From the NCBI GenBank assembly GCA_028534125.1, contig CM052818.1:45138001-45202000 (forward strand): DNA of 64,000 nucleotides, written 5' to 3'. Source of the DNA: Lama glama. Its lineage: Eukaryota. Below are positions 39,111 to 51,289 of the stretch, one piece after another; position 1 is the first letter of the stretch; each line of letters opens with the position of its first letter. The translations under genes and the position numbers were made by a program. The notes under the pieces are model-generated. The model searched no databases, was not told where the DNA came from, and saw only the letters and a list, made by a program, of their open reading frames with translations.

Positions 39111-40176
39111 ATCCCGGGTCAGCCACTCGGTAGCTGGGAGTCCTTGGGCAAGTTACACAAACCTTCCTGTGCCTGGGCTTCCTTGTCTCTGAAACGAGTA
39201 TAATAATAGCACCTGCCTCACCCAGTTGTCAGGAGGATTAAATGAGTCTGTATTTGTAAGACACAAGCGTTTATTAAATCATCATCCGCACCTCCCGTCC
39301 CAGCCTCACCCAGGCTCCATCTCATTTTTTCCCTCCCCTCGTTTTTATTTCTCTCTGATTACCTCACCCCACCCCAATCTTGTCAAATTAAATTATCTTT
39401 ACACGCTGTCCTCAATACCTTGGGGAACTCAGCAGGGCATAAATAAATAATACACGCCGGGTTTCCATTCCCGTCACCCTCCCTGGGTATTTAGTGCGTC
39501 TTTATGAGAATGTCCATCCTGGGAAGGGAGTGGAATCCACCATGGGGGAGGGGGCAGCGTGCTGGTGGCGGAACAAAAGGGAATGGGACAAGGAGGTGGG
39601 AGGGGGTGACAGAAAGAAGAGGCAAGGGACAGAGCCAGGTCTTTGATCAGATCAGGCTGCCCCCAGAAGATTCTCCTTCTCAGCACCAAACCCAAGCAGA
39701 CTCCATGTTCTGTTGTTTAAGAGAGGTGGGATTTCCTTGTTGTAAGTGGGACAGATCATTATTACCATTATTAATTTCTAAAGATGGGGAAACAGAGCCT
39801 CAGAGACAATCTATTCCTTTTCTGTGCACACAGATCACTAGTGTGGGTGGAGGCGCAGGCCCGGTGGGCTGGTCCCAGGTGGGGTCCCCCCAGCCCTGCT
39901 TGCTACATCGAGGGCTTCTGTGCAAGACACACATCCCTTCTTCGTTATATAGAGTAAGCTGTTTCTTTCTCTTTTTGATCTCCATAGAACACAAGTGGGA
40001 ATAAAAAGGCACAGTGTTAAAATGTTCTGCAGTTAGTGGCAACAGTGATACAACCTTGTGAATATAAGAAAAACCACTGAATTGGACACTTTAAAAAGGT
40101 AGATTTTGTGTCATGTGAATTATATGTTAATTTTAAAAAAAAGCTAAAAAGGTTTGATTAAAACCATGAAGCCCCA

Positions 40177-40298
40177 GGAGGAGGGTATAGCTCAAGTGGT
40201 AGAGCATGTGCTTAGCATGCATGAGGTCCTGGGTTCAATCCCCAGTACCTCCTCCAAAAATAAATAAATAAGTAAGTAAATCTAATTACCCCCCCAAA
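40177..40298 (+). mobile_element. tRNA-Ala-derived SINE (camelid vic-1-like) with TSD
   Basis: A box tagctcaagtgg, B box ggttcaatcc, (taaa)n tail; flanking near-repeats aaaaccatgaagcccca / aacccatggagcccca. Confidence 0.88.
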
Positions 40299-41294
40299 AA
40301 ACCCATGGAGCCCCAAAGCCCCAGTTCCCTTCTACACAAGGATGCTGCAAGCCTGATGTCGAGATACCATCCACAGCTGCAGCTGCAGGAAGAGAGAGCC
40401 TTAAAGGAGTGTGACCATCCGTCATTCAACCACAGGGGCCTTGGCTTATACTGGCTTTCTGGGAGGGACCCTTGGCAAAAGAGGGCTAGCTCCCCTCTTC
40501 CATTCCATCAGTGACAAAAGAAACTTTTAATTTATCAAAGAGATCAGTCAATGGTATAATAAGTTCTCCATGAGTGCTCAGGACAAGGTTAGTATTTGCT
40601 ACCAGAAAAGATGCAAGTTTGCCTCCCAAAGGCAGCAGGTGGAGGTGTGTCTTCAGCTGAGCTGGGTACATGCATCCTCCTTTCGGGCTCTAACTTGAGT
40701 CCCTGGGATACGGGATGACCCAAACACTGGTGAGAGTGGCCGCATCACCCCCTACCTTGGAGGCTCCTGGGAGGATCAGATACGTGGGACAGAGAGCTGA
40801 CTCTCGGGCCAGGGTCTCCACTCCCTCGGGCAGGGCTGCTGGTCCTATTCAGAGTGATCTGTTGAATTCAGTGTGGTTGATTTTGCTGGGTGTGGGGACA
40901 GAAATGCCTGGAGGGAAGGGGAACCCAGGCTGGGCCCCAGAGGAGGCTGAGGTGCAGGTGAGGGGTTGGGAGAGGGGGAGGGGTATGCATTCAGGGCACA
41001 CCCTGAGCATCCTTTACCTGTAAGATGAGGGTTTGGATTTTAGGGCCTCTGAAGTTCCTTCGACAGTAAAGAAGACGACTTCTCCTTCCCACACACCAGT
41101 TGGTTCGGATTCAAGAATCTGAGACTCCCCCTCGTCTAGGCTAACTTCTCATCCAAGTGCCTAGTCCTAGACTGAAAGTTTTTTCAAGAGACGGCCAGTT
41201 CTCTTCTCCCCCTGAGCCGTGAGGACCAGGTGGGGCAGCAGTGATGAGTCTCCACATCTCAAATGTGGACACATCCCAGCAGACAGCTCTCCCG

Positions 41295-41606
41295 TGTGTT
41301 AGTTCCTGGCGCTGCCCTAACCGTGCACCTCAGACTGGGGGCTTAAACAACAGCGGCTGATGGCCTCACAGCTCTGGAGGCTGAAAGTGTGCTACCAAGG
41401 TGTCAGCAGGGCTGGTTCTTTCTGAAGGTTCCTCTTTATAACAACACAGTCACACCGAATTAGGGGCTCACCTCCTCCAGGATGACCTCATCCTAACTAA
41501 TTACATCTGCAAGGACCCTATTTCCTAAGAAGGTCCCATCCTGAGGTGCTGGGCGTTAGGACTTTAACATGAATCTGGTTAGGGGACACAATTCAACGCA
41601 TAACAC
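41295..41606 (-). mobile_element. MaLR MLT1 LTR, internally deleted
   Basis: ggcttaaacaacag...ctcacagctctggaggctg...ctaattacatctgcaaggaccctatttcc...gacacaattcaacgcataaca. Confidence 0.8.
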
Positions 41607-42049
41607 CCTGCTTGTGGATTTCTGTTCTCAACCTCAAAATGTGCAGGCTGGACGCAGGGCCGGCCTCCCAGGCCCCTCTGCCATCGCCGTGGGTATCTCA
41701 GGTCAGTCTCACCTCTGTGGCAAATGGGACTGAAGAGGGATCCCCTGTCCTGTTCCCTTTGTGTAGAAAAGCCAGGCTTTTAAGCATTATTTATAAGATG
41801 GGGTTTGGCCTCTCCAAATGCCAGGTTTTAGATGCTGCTTTTGATTTTGCCCCACCTCAGTGTGAGAATTAGACGAGGTGAGACAGGAAGCAAGATTTTG
41901 TTTCAGCCACTGTTGTCATTGTTCATAATGACAGACACTCCCTGTCACTTAATGCAGACCTCTAAGAAGCCCTATCTCGGAGAATCAGCCAGAACAGGAG
42001 GAGACAGGCCAAGGATCAAGTAACGCATTTCCCTCACCTGGGTTAAGAG

Positions 42050-42620
42050 GATCATCGCCGGCTCGGACAACACCTTATAGTTTCCAAGCGTTGTTGCAGC
42101 CGATACTTAAATTGACGGCTGAGGCTGTGGTGACACTCGGGGTGGAACCTAGGCCAGCGCTCTGGACCAGTGTCCTCATGGGTCCAAGACTTGTTCACCA
42201 AAACGTTTGCCTGATTTCGCTCGCACAGAAACGGATTTAAATGCGCTTGGGGGCCCGACTTCCTGTTTCCCGCCTGCCCCCCGCCCGCGTCTCCTGGGCC
42301 CCGCGCCGCCTCCGGGGCTGCCCGCAGCGCCACCTGCTGGGCGATGCCGGCCGCGCGGCTCCCCTCCCGCCGCCTCCATCTCAGGCCTGAGCGCGCGGAG
42401 CAAGCGGGGCGGAGAGAAGCAGGTAGAGGATTGCGGCCAGGCAGTGAGAGACGGAAGACGGAATCGCTTGATTTTTGAGGGCCAGTGTCGTCAGGAACAC
42501 GAGGCCTGGAGTCCGACTGACTTGGGGATGTCGCCCGCCTCACTCACCTTCCAGCCCCGTGACCCCGAACCTCTCACGTCTGAAGTAAAAAGAGGGCTTC
42601 TCGGCTCAGAGTGCTTGTGA
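42050..42620. promoter_or_regulatory. Small orphan CpG island containing a CTCF motif
   Basis: CpG-dense core 42250-42420; ETS-like acttcctg near 42258; CTCF motif at 42326-42340. Confidence 0.65.
42326..42340 (-). promoter_or_regulatory. CTCF motif
   Basis: Reverse strand reads CCAGCAGGTGGCGCT, a full consensus match. Confidence 0.7.
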
Positions 42621-42806
42621 GGCTCACGTGACATGATTCAGGTAGAGTGTGAGGTGGCGGCTTGCCCTGAATAAGTGCTCAGGAAACACAGAAGTATTGG
42701 TAGTTTCATAAACACATGCTGCAAAATTAATTCATTCAACAAACATCTTCTGAACAGCCAGTCTATGGCAGGTGTTAAACAGTCAAACAGAGGGGAAGAG
42801 ACCTAC

Positions 42807-43216
42807 TGTTACAGAAACAACAGGCCAGCCAAGAAACAAGCACCACTTGGAGGGTTGGAGTACTCAGATGTATTACACCAGCGGGCTCAGAGGGGCTTCT
42901 GCTCTGAAGCTCTGAGCACCTCCAAGACGTGCGCATGAGGTTTTATAGGGTTAATTACAAGTATGGGGCTATTAGCCAATAAGGCTCAAACAACGAAAAG
43001 CAAGAAATCAGTGCACTGGAGCTTATCAATTCGGAACAGATCACGTTACTGACACTTGTTGAGCTTGGATTTACGAGTTAGCTTGTTAGCCCAGTAAACT
43101 GACACTAAACTTCAGATTTACGAGTTAGCCCGGCAGAACTCAGATCAGTAAACCTACACTTATCACACTTAGATTTGTGACTTAGCTTGTTAGCCCAGCT
43201 GGGCTTTTCCTTCACA
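42807..43216 (-). mobile_element. Relatively young ERV1-type solo LTR (410 bp)
   Basis: TG...CA termini with a perfect 4-bp TSD CTAC (42803-42806, 43217-43220); minus-strand TATAAAA at 42941-42947; U3-type internal repeats gatttacgagttagc x2 and ttagcttgttagcccag x2. Confidence 0.85.
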
Positions 43217-44639
43217 CTACCTCTCCGTGTTTATGAAAACGAAGGACCGGGCGGGCTCCCTTAGGTCACAGGACCCCCATCCTTCATCCAGTCAACACCT
43301 GTTCCCTGGGCACCGAGACTGTCCAGGCCACAGACCCCACCCCTCAGAGCCCCAGTCTGGAGGGGCGAGGGGTCAGTGCATGCATGGAGCAGGACCACAG
43401 AGCAGTGCCTGCCAGGGATCTGCACCCAGGCTCCCAGGAGCGAGGGAAGCCTTTCAGAGGAGGCACACACATCTAGAAGGTTCCAAAATGTTCCCTTTCC
43501 ACTGAGAGTCTTTTTCTCTCCAAAGCACACAGCAGCATCCGCAGCCCACATAGGAACAGAGCTTCCCTTTCATCTAGCTCGAGATTTTTACCTTTTTAAT
43601 CTCTGGAGCCTGAATGGGGACTGAATTGCTGCCTCCTTTTGAAATCATGCAGCTGCTGCCGCCAGAGAAAAGATAAAAATGCACTGGGGATTTTTCTTCA
43701 GACCTGCTTCGTACGTACTGTATAAGCTATTGGGGTTTTCAACAGAATTTAGAAAATTCATAATGCCAGGTTTAAGTCTTCTTCAGAAGTTTAAGGATTG
43801 GAGGAGGAAAAGGAATTTTAGAATTCCCTTTTCTCTCTGGCATCATCAAAAGATAAGCTGGGCGGGGTGGGGGGTAGGGGGGAGATAAGCGAAATACAGA
43901 GAAGCCCTGGTGAAGGCTGGGAGAAAGGAAAGGTTTTCCATCATGAGTGCCTGCAGCTTCTGATAAACAGACGCCAGCTGCCGCTCCAGAGGCCTGGTAC
44001 CCAGAGTTCCGCTTTGAGACACTTGTAGCCTCTAGCCCTGGGGACATCATTTAACCTTTCCAGCCTCGATTTCCATATCCACTTATACTGGAGAGCCTGC
44101 TGTGTGCTGGCACTTTGCCTGGGGAATACACGTGGGCCTGAGTCCCTGCCGTCCCCCACGGCAGCTTTGTCAGTGTGAGTAGGATGTATCACCTTTCGAG
44201 GGGGTCTGTGTCAAGTACATGGGTATTCAGGAAACCTCTGAGAAGAGCCCCAGGGATGTTCTGAGCAGACCGCAGTCCCCATTTACCTGGCAGAAGTCAG
44301 GGAATGAGTCCTCCTAGGGCTTATGACGTCTCAGGGCTACTGCCCTTGTCTGTGACACGTAGTACCCACCTGTAGGATTGATGGAAAAACCCCAGGGCGC
44401 GTGCAAGCTCAGAGAGACAGCACAGAAGCCCTGAGAACCTGCCTCCCGGCCATCCAGATCCCAGGAATCCCAAAAAGGGAGAAGGTGGTGGCAGTTGTGT
44501 AGAGCTGGGAGAGAAGGGGAGAGGGTGGATAGTAGAGGGGAGGAGACCCTGAAACTCACTCAGGCAGGAACCAGCTTGGGCCAGGTCTGTCGGAGACCAG
44601 ACTGACATTCGCCCCTTTTGCAAAGCTGACCTGAGCACC

Positions 44640-44721
44640 GGGGTGGGGCGGGGCGCGGGGCGGGGCGGGCTGCAGCCTCAGGCCTGATCAGAAGGTTGTT
44701 AGTGAAGAACCTGAGTCAGCA
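44640..44721 (+). promoter_or_regulatory. Tandem GC boxes / G-quadruplex-forming tract with adjacent AP-1/ARE motif
   Basis: GGGGtGGGGcGGGGcgcGGGGcGGGGcGGG at 44640-44669; TGAGTCAGCA at 44712-44721. Confidence 0.45.
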
Positions 44722-45814
44722 CCTGGTGGTGACACATCCCATCGGTGCAATGGGGAGGGCTGGCGGGGGTCTGTCCCTGCCCTGTGTCTGGGGCTGTCCC
44801 ATAAAACACGGTATTTGCAGCTGAGAGTCAGGGGCTGTAGCCACATTGCAGGAAGAGGCTCTCAGTCCAGAGGGAATTCGTCCCCTCTCCCCAGGCAGCG
44901 TGACCGGGGGCAGTGTATTCTCTGCAAGCTGAGTGACCGCAGAGGTGGGACAGCCCATGCAGATCAGCCAGGCCAGGGGTTTCCACAAGTCCAGAGGGTG
45001 CCCTTTCCGTAGAATAAGGGGGCCCCTGGAGGCGGGCAGAGCTGTGGCCCTGGTCCCAAGGGTCAAAGGAAGACTAATGGAGGGCGGAGAGTGGTCACAG
45101 AGCCAATCCATCTGAAGCCTCTCTGTCCTGCTTCAAATCGAATACCCCTCACACTTCTATGGCAGTAAATTCATCTGTGGCTCCAAGTATTAGGTTGAAA
45201 CGAACCCAAGCTAACTGTAAGTGAAAGGAATCCCAGAAAGAAAGAAATCGGTGGTGGGATAGTTTCAGCAGGGATTTGAGGCAGAGTGGCACTTCCTGCG
45301 CTTCCCCAGGGGCCTCTGAGTTCAACAGGTGGGAGGACCACCGCATGGCTCAGGGACGTTGAAAGGCGGGTGGGCACCCATGCAGGACAGAGTTGTTACT
45401 GCCTGGAAGGGGGCCGAGAGGTGAGTGGGGGAGGAATGGGAAATTCTCCTGAAGAGCTGCTCTGACTGGTTTGTGCCCAGAGGACACCACTCCAGCACAT
45501 CCATTCACCTCTTGAACAACCAGCTGACCGAGGTAACACTTGGGTAATGGACCCAAGTTCTGGTCTGTTCCGTGAGGTCTGTCTCTAAATTGAGGCTACA
45601 TCCTGCATATTCACTTGGACTAGTTTCTCCATTTAACTGAATTTAGATATCTTTCACAATATCTCCTTGCCTCTCTGGGCTGGATTTGGGATTTCAGAGT
45701 GAGCTCACGGATACTCCTTTCAGAAAACAATCTAGAATAATTTACAATCTCTTGGAATGTGCTCCCGGCAACTATGAAGTGGGAAACGGATTGCACCGCC
45801 CAGGGCGGGGACGT

Positions 45815-45829
45815 AGCGCCACCTGGTGG
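45815..45829 (-). promoter_or_regulatory. CTCF motif
   Basis: Reverse strand reads CCACCAGGTGGCGCT, a full consensus match in a locally CpG-retaining patch. Confidence 0.72.
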
Positions 45830-48749
45830 TCTTTCGAATTATATCTGGTAGCCTCTTCGGCACGGTAACCAGGCAGCCACGTGGACGCGGCTGTGTAGCC
45901 AACGGGCCACTGGAGTTTGATTTATGCCACTGCATGTGGTCAGAAGGACCATTTCTCCCAGCCTCTAATTTTCAAATGAATCCACAGTCAGATTTTCAAC
46001 GTTATCGCCAAATGAGATTCAACATTTAGTCACAAGGAAGTACTGTCAGGGTAGAAAAAAATGAAACATTCATGAAACTACTTTGGACTTGTGTCCTAGA
46101 ACCAGGTCAAACCACTTGGAATATACTATGTAGTATTAATTTTTTAAAACTCTACAATTATCTTGTGATGAGCACAACTGGATAGCATAACATTTTTTTC
46201 AATTTAAAGCATTAATTCTGATAAAAGTAAACATGTAAAATCCATCATAACCTTGTACCCCCTACTCTGACATGTCTGGTTTTTAGTATGTTAAAAAAAT
46301 AAAATATTACAACTTTGTAAATCAACTATACTTCAGTAAAAAGTTGCTTGAAGTTAAAAAAAGTTGTACAGTCTATCTTAAACAAAATCTGAAAATATTT
46401 GTCAAAAAATAAAATAAAATAAGGAAGGGGCTTGGGCCTCTCTCGATGTATGGGGAGCTCTGGGAAGTTCTGGAAAGTTCTGGGGAAGGGTGGAATGGAA
46501 CAGAACCAGAAGAAGGTGAAGCAAGGAGGTAATAGTTCAGGCCCGAGATGCTGGAAACTGAGCAAGGCCAGGATCTGCGTGGATGGAGCAGAGAAACGCT
46601 GCTCAGGTTTCAGATTCATCATGATTTGGCAATTGATTCTGTAAAAGGAAAAATATAGTTAACACCCCCTGTGCTTGCTAATGAGGGCAGATCCTGGTAC
46701 TCACAGGATCTTCCGTTTGGAGAGCAGAAAGTTAACATCCTTAGTGCTATGGCTTTTGGCAAAATTACCAGGGAAGCTGTGGGGACAAGAGCCTGAAGGA
46801 ACAGGGCAGAGCCCAGCTGCTCACCCAGGGAGGGGAGATGGGATGTGAAACTCGGACATTCCAGAGGCTGCAGGAGCCGGTGGTCCTGGGGGCTGCCCAG
46901 GGGGGGAGTCTCCACAGGACAGGGCTCCGGGTACCAGGGGGCCCAGAAGACACCTGGGAGAGATTTGGTTCTGTCAGAGCAGAAGCTCAGGGAAGGCAGA
47001 GTCCTGCAGAGGTCAGCATAGCAATGGAAAATGCCTGGGGCCTCAGGCCCAGGTTATAGCCTGTACTTGCATCTCTTTTCAGCCAAGGGAGGAACACAGC
47101 TGTGAGGCAACAATGGCCAACACTCCCAGAAACTGGAAGGATGAGTGTTTCATCCTTCCGGGGAGGAGGAAGGGGCTGGGTAGCACACTACAGCATCCGC
47201 TACAGCTGGAAACCAATGACATCTGCTCTAAGGGGCTGCTGCACAAGTAGAGATAAGCACTGGAACCGGGGTGGTGGTAGCTGTGTGGAAATGGGGGAAA
47301 TATCAACATATTTTTAATATGGCTTGATGCTTGAGTTATCAGAACTTGATGATGGATGTTGGGAGTTGGTGCTGGAAAGAGGGTTCAATAAGATTTTTGC
47401 CTTGAGCAATGGGATGGATAGTGGTATCATTCATGCAGATGGGAAAGTATTTGATGGGCAAGTAAGTACTGAATAAAGATGTGGTCTCTTCTTCTTAACC
47501 TCCCACTTTTTTTCTGAAGATCACGTAGAACCATGACAGGGATTTAAGAGAGGAAACAACAAGGTTTAGAAATAACATCCTGGAAGACCGTGAATTCAGA
47601 ACTTTAACCTCTGAGAAACAGAAACTTGAGCAAGGTGATCTGCACAGACCAACCCTACTTCTGGAGAACTGAGTCACAGCATATTATCTGTCATAGTCTA
47701 GCCCCAGCCCAGATTAGCACAGACTAACCCAGGACCCTGGAGCATCGTAAGATCAGCCCCAAACCAGCCCCAGGGACGCAGGGCATGAACACTTCCCAGG
47801 GCTGATACTAACGCACTGGCTGGAGACCAACAGTCAGAGGAGCTGCGCGAAGGGGAGGCCTTCCCTCTGCCCTCTGGAAGCTCTACTCCCAGCTCCTCTC
47901 CAGAGACTGGATAGAACAGCCATATCTAACGACAAAACCTCAAACTCTGAGTAACCACCATATTTTTTGGTTTTAGCTTTGCCCAGAAGCCCTGCAAATT
48001 GTTTAGGAAGGTAGAGCCAGGCCAGCACATCAACCAAACGCCACTGGGTCGATACCTGAACCACCTGTTTGACTTGTTAGAGGCCGAGGGTGGAGCTATT
48101 GTTCGATGACAGGCCTCCTTAGGAGTGCCTCCCGGATAAGGAGCAGAGGCCCAGCTACTCTGTTTGCTGAACGACACTGACAACCCTTTATCACCGCCCT
48201 TGGCTAGGATCCTCAAAGCCCCGGAAACGCTTACAGCGCGGCAGAGGGAAGGCGCTCTCTAGCACTGCTTCCGCTCTCTGAGTGTTTGCTCGTTTAACAT
48301 CAACTCCGATGTCCCTGAGTAGGAGGGGACACCCATCTGCACAGCCAGAGGCCCCCCAGCCCCCCCAGAGGCCTCACCCCCCCTGCCCCTCATTCTCTTC
48401 TCTCTACCCCTTTGGTTTCCCAGTTATCATTCATTTATCCAACTCTCATTTAGTGAGTTCTTGCCTTGTAGGGGGTACTCCGTCCGCCCCCATGAGGAGC
48501 TACAATTGATTGACTGACTCTTGCCCTCCACTTCTGACAGGACAGCGGTAGAGAGGGAGGAAGCAAGGTGAGGTGAGCCGAGGGAGCCCTGATGAGGCCG
48601 TGATTAATTCCAAGCGAGAGGAAACAGAGGGGAAGAGGGGGCTGATTTCATCAGAGCTGTAGAGGATGGGCAGTGTTTCAACAGCAGAAAAGTGAGAAAG
48701 GGCAAGCCAATCTGTGAATAAATTTCCAACTCCTGAATAAAATACACCT

Positions 48750-49110
48750 CTGATGGCTCTTTTAGAACATGGCCATAAAATTCTTTGACACTCATCTCAT
48801 TCAGAGGCAGGTCTAGTCCCTCCCCTTGAATCTGGGCTCCGTGATGCTTGACTAATGTCAGTTTCCCAGTCCAGGCCTTAAACTAGCAGCCTCCTCTTCC
48901 TGACACTTAGGATGCTCACTCTTAAATGCAGCTTCCAGACCAGAAAGGAACCCCCAACTAGCCTGTGTGGAGAGATTCAGGGAGAGGCACCCATAGGTGT
49001 TCCAACCAAGAGCCCCAGCTGAGGTCCCAGCCAACAGCCAGCAGTAAGGTCTAGACACTGAGGGAGTGAGCCTGGAGGTATTTCTAGTCCCAGCCCCCAA
49101 GCCACTCCGG
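48750..49110 (+). mobile_element. Old MaLR LTR (MLT1F/G-like) fragment
   Basis: atggccataaaattctttgacactc...ccctccccttgaatctgggct...ccccagctgaggtcccagccaacagccagca. Confidence 0.65.
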
Positions 49111-49929
49111 TTGCTGCCACGTAGAGAATCTTTGGCCTGCAGTTTCTTCTTCTGTGAAACAAGAACTGTGATCTCCCACTTGCAGGGCCTGTGTGAGGAT
49201 TAAACAAAGCAAAATATGTGCTACAGCCCTTCCCACAAAGACCACCAGGGGCACAGCGGCAGATGAGCAAAGTTAGGCACAGTGGCTTCCTGCAGCGGGA
49301 CAGGGTGAGGGCACTTCAGAGAACCTGGGAGAGCTCTCATCAAAGGGAGAAGTGGGATGACTGCAGGATTTGGGAGAAGGGTAGAGTTTGGGTAAGATGT
49401 AAATGAAGCCGTGTTTCAATGGGCTCAGAGCAAAACAGGGCTGTGTATGATGTACAACCAGAGCTACAAGTGAACTCAGGGTCCAAGTTCCTTGGAAACT
49501 ACCAGGTTGAGGTAAATGGGTTCTGTTGCACTCAGGAAGGCCCTGGGTTGGAAATCCAGGCTGCTTCTCAGTGTCACAGTGACTCAGACCCTCCAGGAGA
49601 GACAGGGATGTTCCATCCTTGCTGTGCTGATCTCAAACAGCAAAGCTTCCGGCAGCCTGTGCCTTTAGGGATCACGGGTTTTCAGCTCTGCAGGTCTTTG
49701 CTGATCGGCCAGTGTTTTACAGGCTCACCTGTGTGAGTACCAGCACACCGCCTACATACAGTGAATGTTCAATTATGGTTTTCCCATTTCCCCACCTCAC
49801 TCTCCTCTTCTGTCTCCCTTTCAGCCCAATCTGCTTCTCTGGACCAATCCCTGTCAAGGAAAAGTCCAACCACCACCATGGCCAATGTACCTGATAAGCA
49901 GAGGAAACTGTTAGAGTGAACACTCCATC

Positions 49930-50388
49930 CAATTCACAACAGCCCAAAGATGGAAGCAACTCCAGTGCCCACAGGTGGAAGGATGGATGGACAAACAAAC
50001 TGTGGTCTATACATGCAATGGAATATTATTCAGCCTTGAAAAGGAAGGAAATTTCGACACAGGCTACAACATGGACGGACCTTGAAGACATTATGCTAAG
50101 TGAAATAAGCCAGACACAAAAGGCCAAATGTACGTGTGATCCCACTGTAGGAGGTACCCAGATTCACAGGACAGAGAGCAGAAGGGTGGTTGCCAGGGGC
50201 TGGGAGGAGAGGGGAATGGGATTTGTTATTTAATGAGTTTACAGTCTCAGTTTGGGAAGATGAGAAAGTTCTGGAGGTGGATGGTGGTGATGGTGAAACA
50301 ATGTGAATGCCGTGGAACTGTACACCTAAAAATGGTTAAAATGGGAAATTTTACGTTGTATATATTTTACTACAATTAAAAAAAAAAG
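49930..50388 (+). mobile_element. L1MB-like 3' end
   Basis: aatggaatattattcagccttgaaaaggaaggaa, gaccttgaagacattatgctaagtgaaataagccagacacaaaagg, A tail. Confidence 0.88.
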
Positions 50389-51289
50389 CCTCTCCCCACT
50401 TATCCTTACTGAGAACAAGACCCTGCTCTGCTATATTCTGAGCCTTGGAATGAAGGGGAAATCCAGAGAGGAGCATCCCTAGGAAGATGCCGGTGTCCCC
50501 TGGAGGGGTCTGCCCCCGTCCTCTCCACCTGTATGTTGGCCCCAAATCTACACCGTGAGACATTAAGCCCTGTGTTAGTCAAAGCAAAGCTACACTGTAG
50601 TGACAAATGATTTCAAAATGCAACGGCTTAAAGCTGTAGAGTCTTCTTTGTCTCCAAAGTAACAGCGGGGACAGCACTGATCTTCATGATCACCCCAGAC
50701 TCCGGTTTCTTCCAATCATTGTTGTACGTCCCAAGGGCACTGAAGTGGTCTCTTAGTGGCATTGCTGTCACTCATGAAAAACCATGTGGGCTTCCTGAGC
50801 AGCAGGGAAAAGCAGAGGGACGCCCAGCAGCCTGAAGTTGCGTGACGTGTGTTTGCATTAGTGAGTTTTATCCCTCATGAACATCAGCGGAGAGCTTCCA
50901 GCATGAAGGGTTGGAAAGGCGAAGCAGTCTGGGTGGAGGCAGCAAGGTCTAGGGGAAAGAGCATGAATCTGACACTCAGGGAACTTGGGTTCTAGTCTTT
51001 GATCTGCCATTAACTAAGTCGAATGAGTACATTTTCTAAAAGTCTGTGACGGGCCACGCACAAGCCCAGAAGTGTCCTGGGACTGAGGTCACTCACGTGA
51101 CCTCTCTCCCTTGCTGGTCACTTCCATTCCTGCCCCCATAAAATAGAAGGTTGAATTCAAGATCTGCTGAAGCCTTCCGCAACCCTGTGACATCTAACTC
51201 TGTGACGTAAAACCTCACCCTCTGTGATCTTGGGGAGTGAAATGGATGGGACAAAAAGAATTCCTGAGAGAAAAAAGCCCCCGTCACTG

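Noticed and set aside
40177..40255. tRNA-Ala gene calls (also near 22.5k, 56.85k, 60.1k)
   Set aside because: Extra 5' bases, disrupted stems, tails and TSDs identify them as SINEs.
43066..43198. Short interspaced direct repeats resembling a CRISPR-like array
   Set aside because: They are U3 repeats inside a solo LTR, irregularly spaced, in a mammalian genome.
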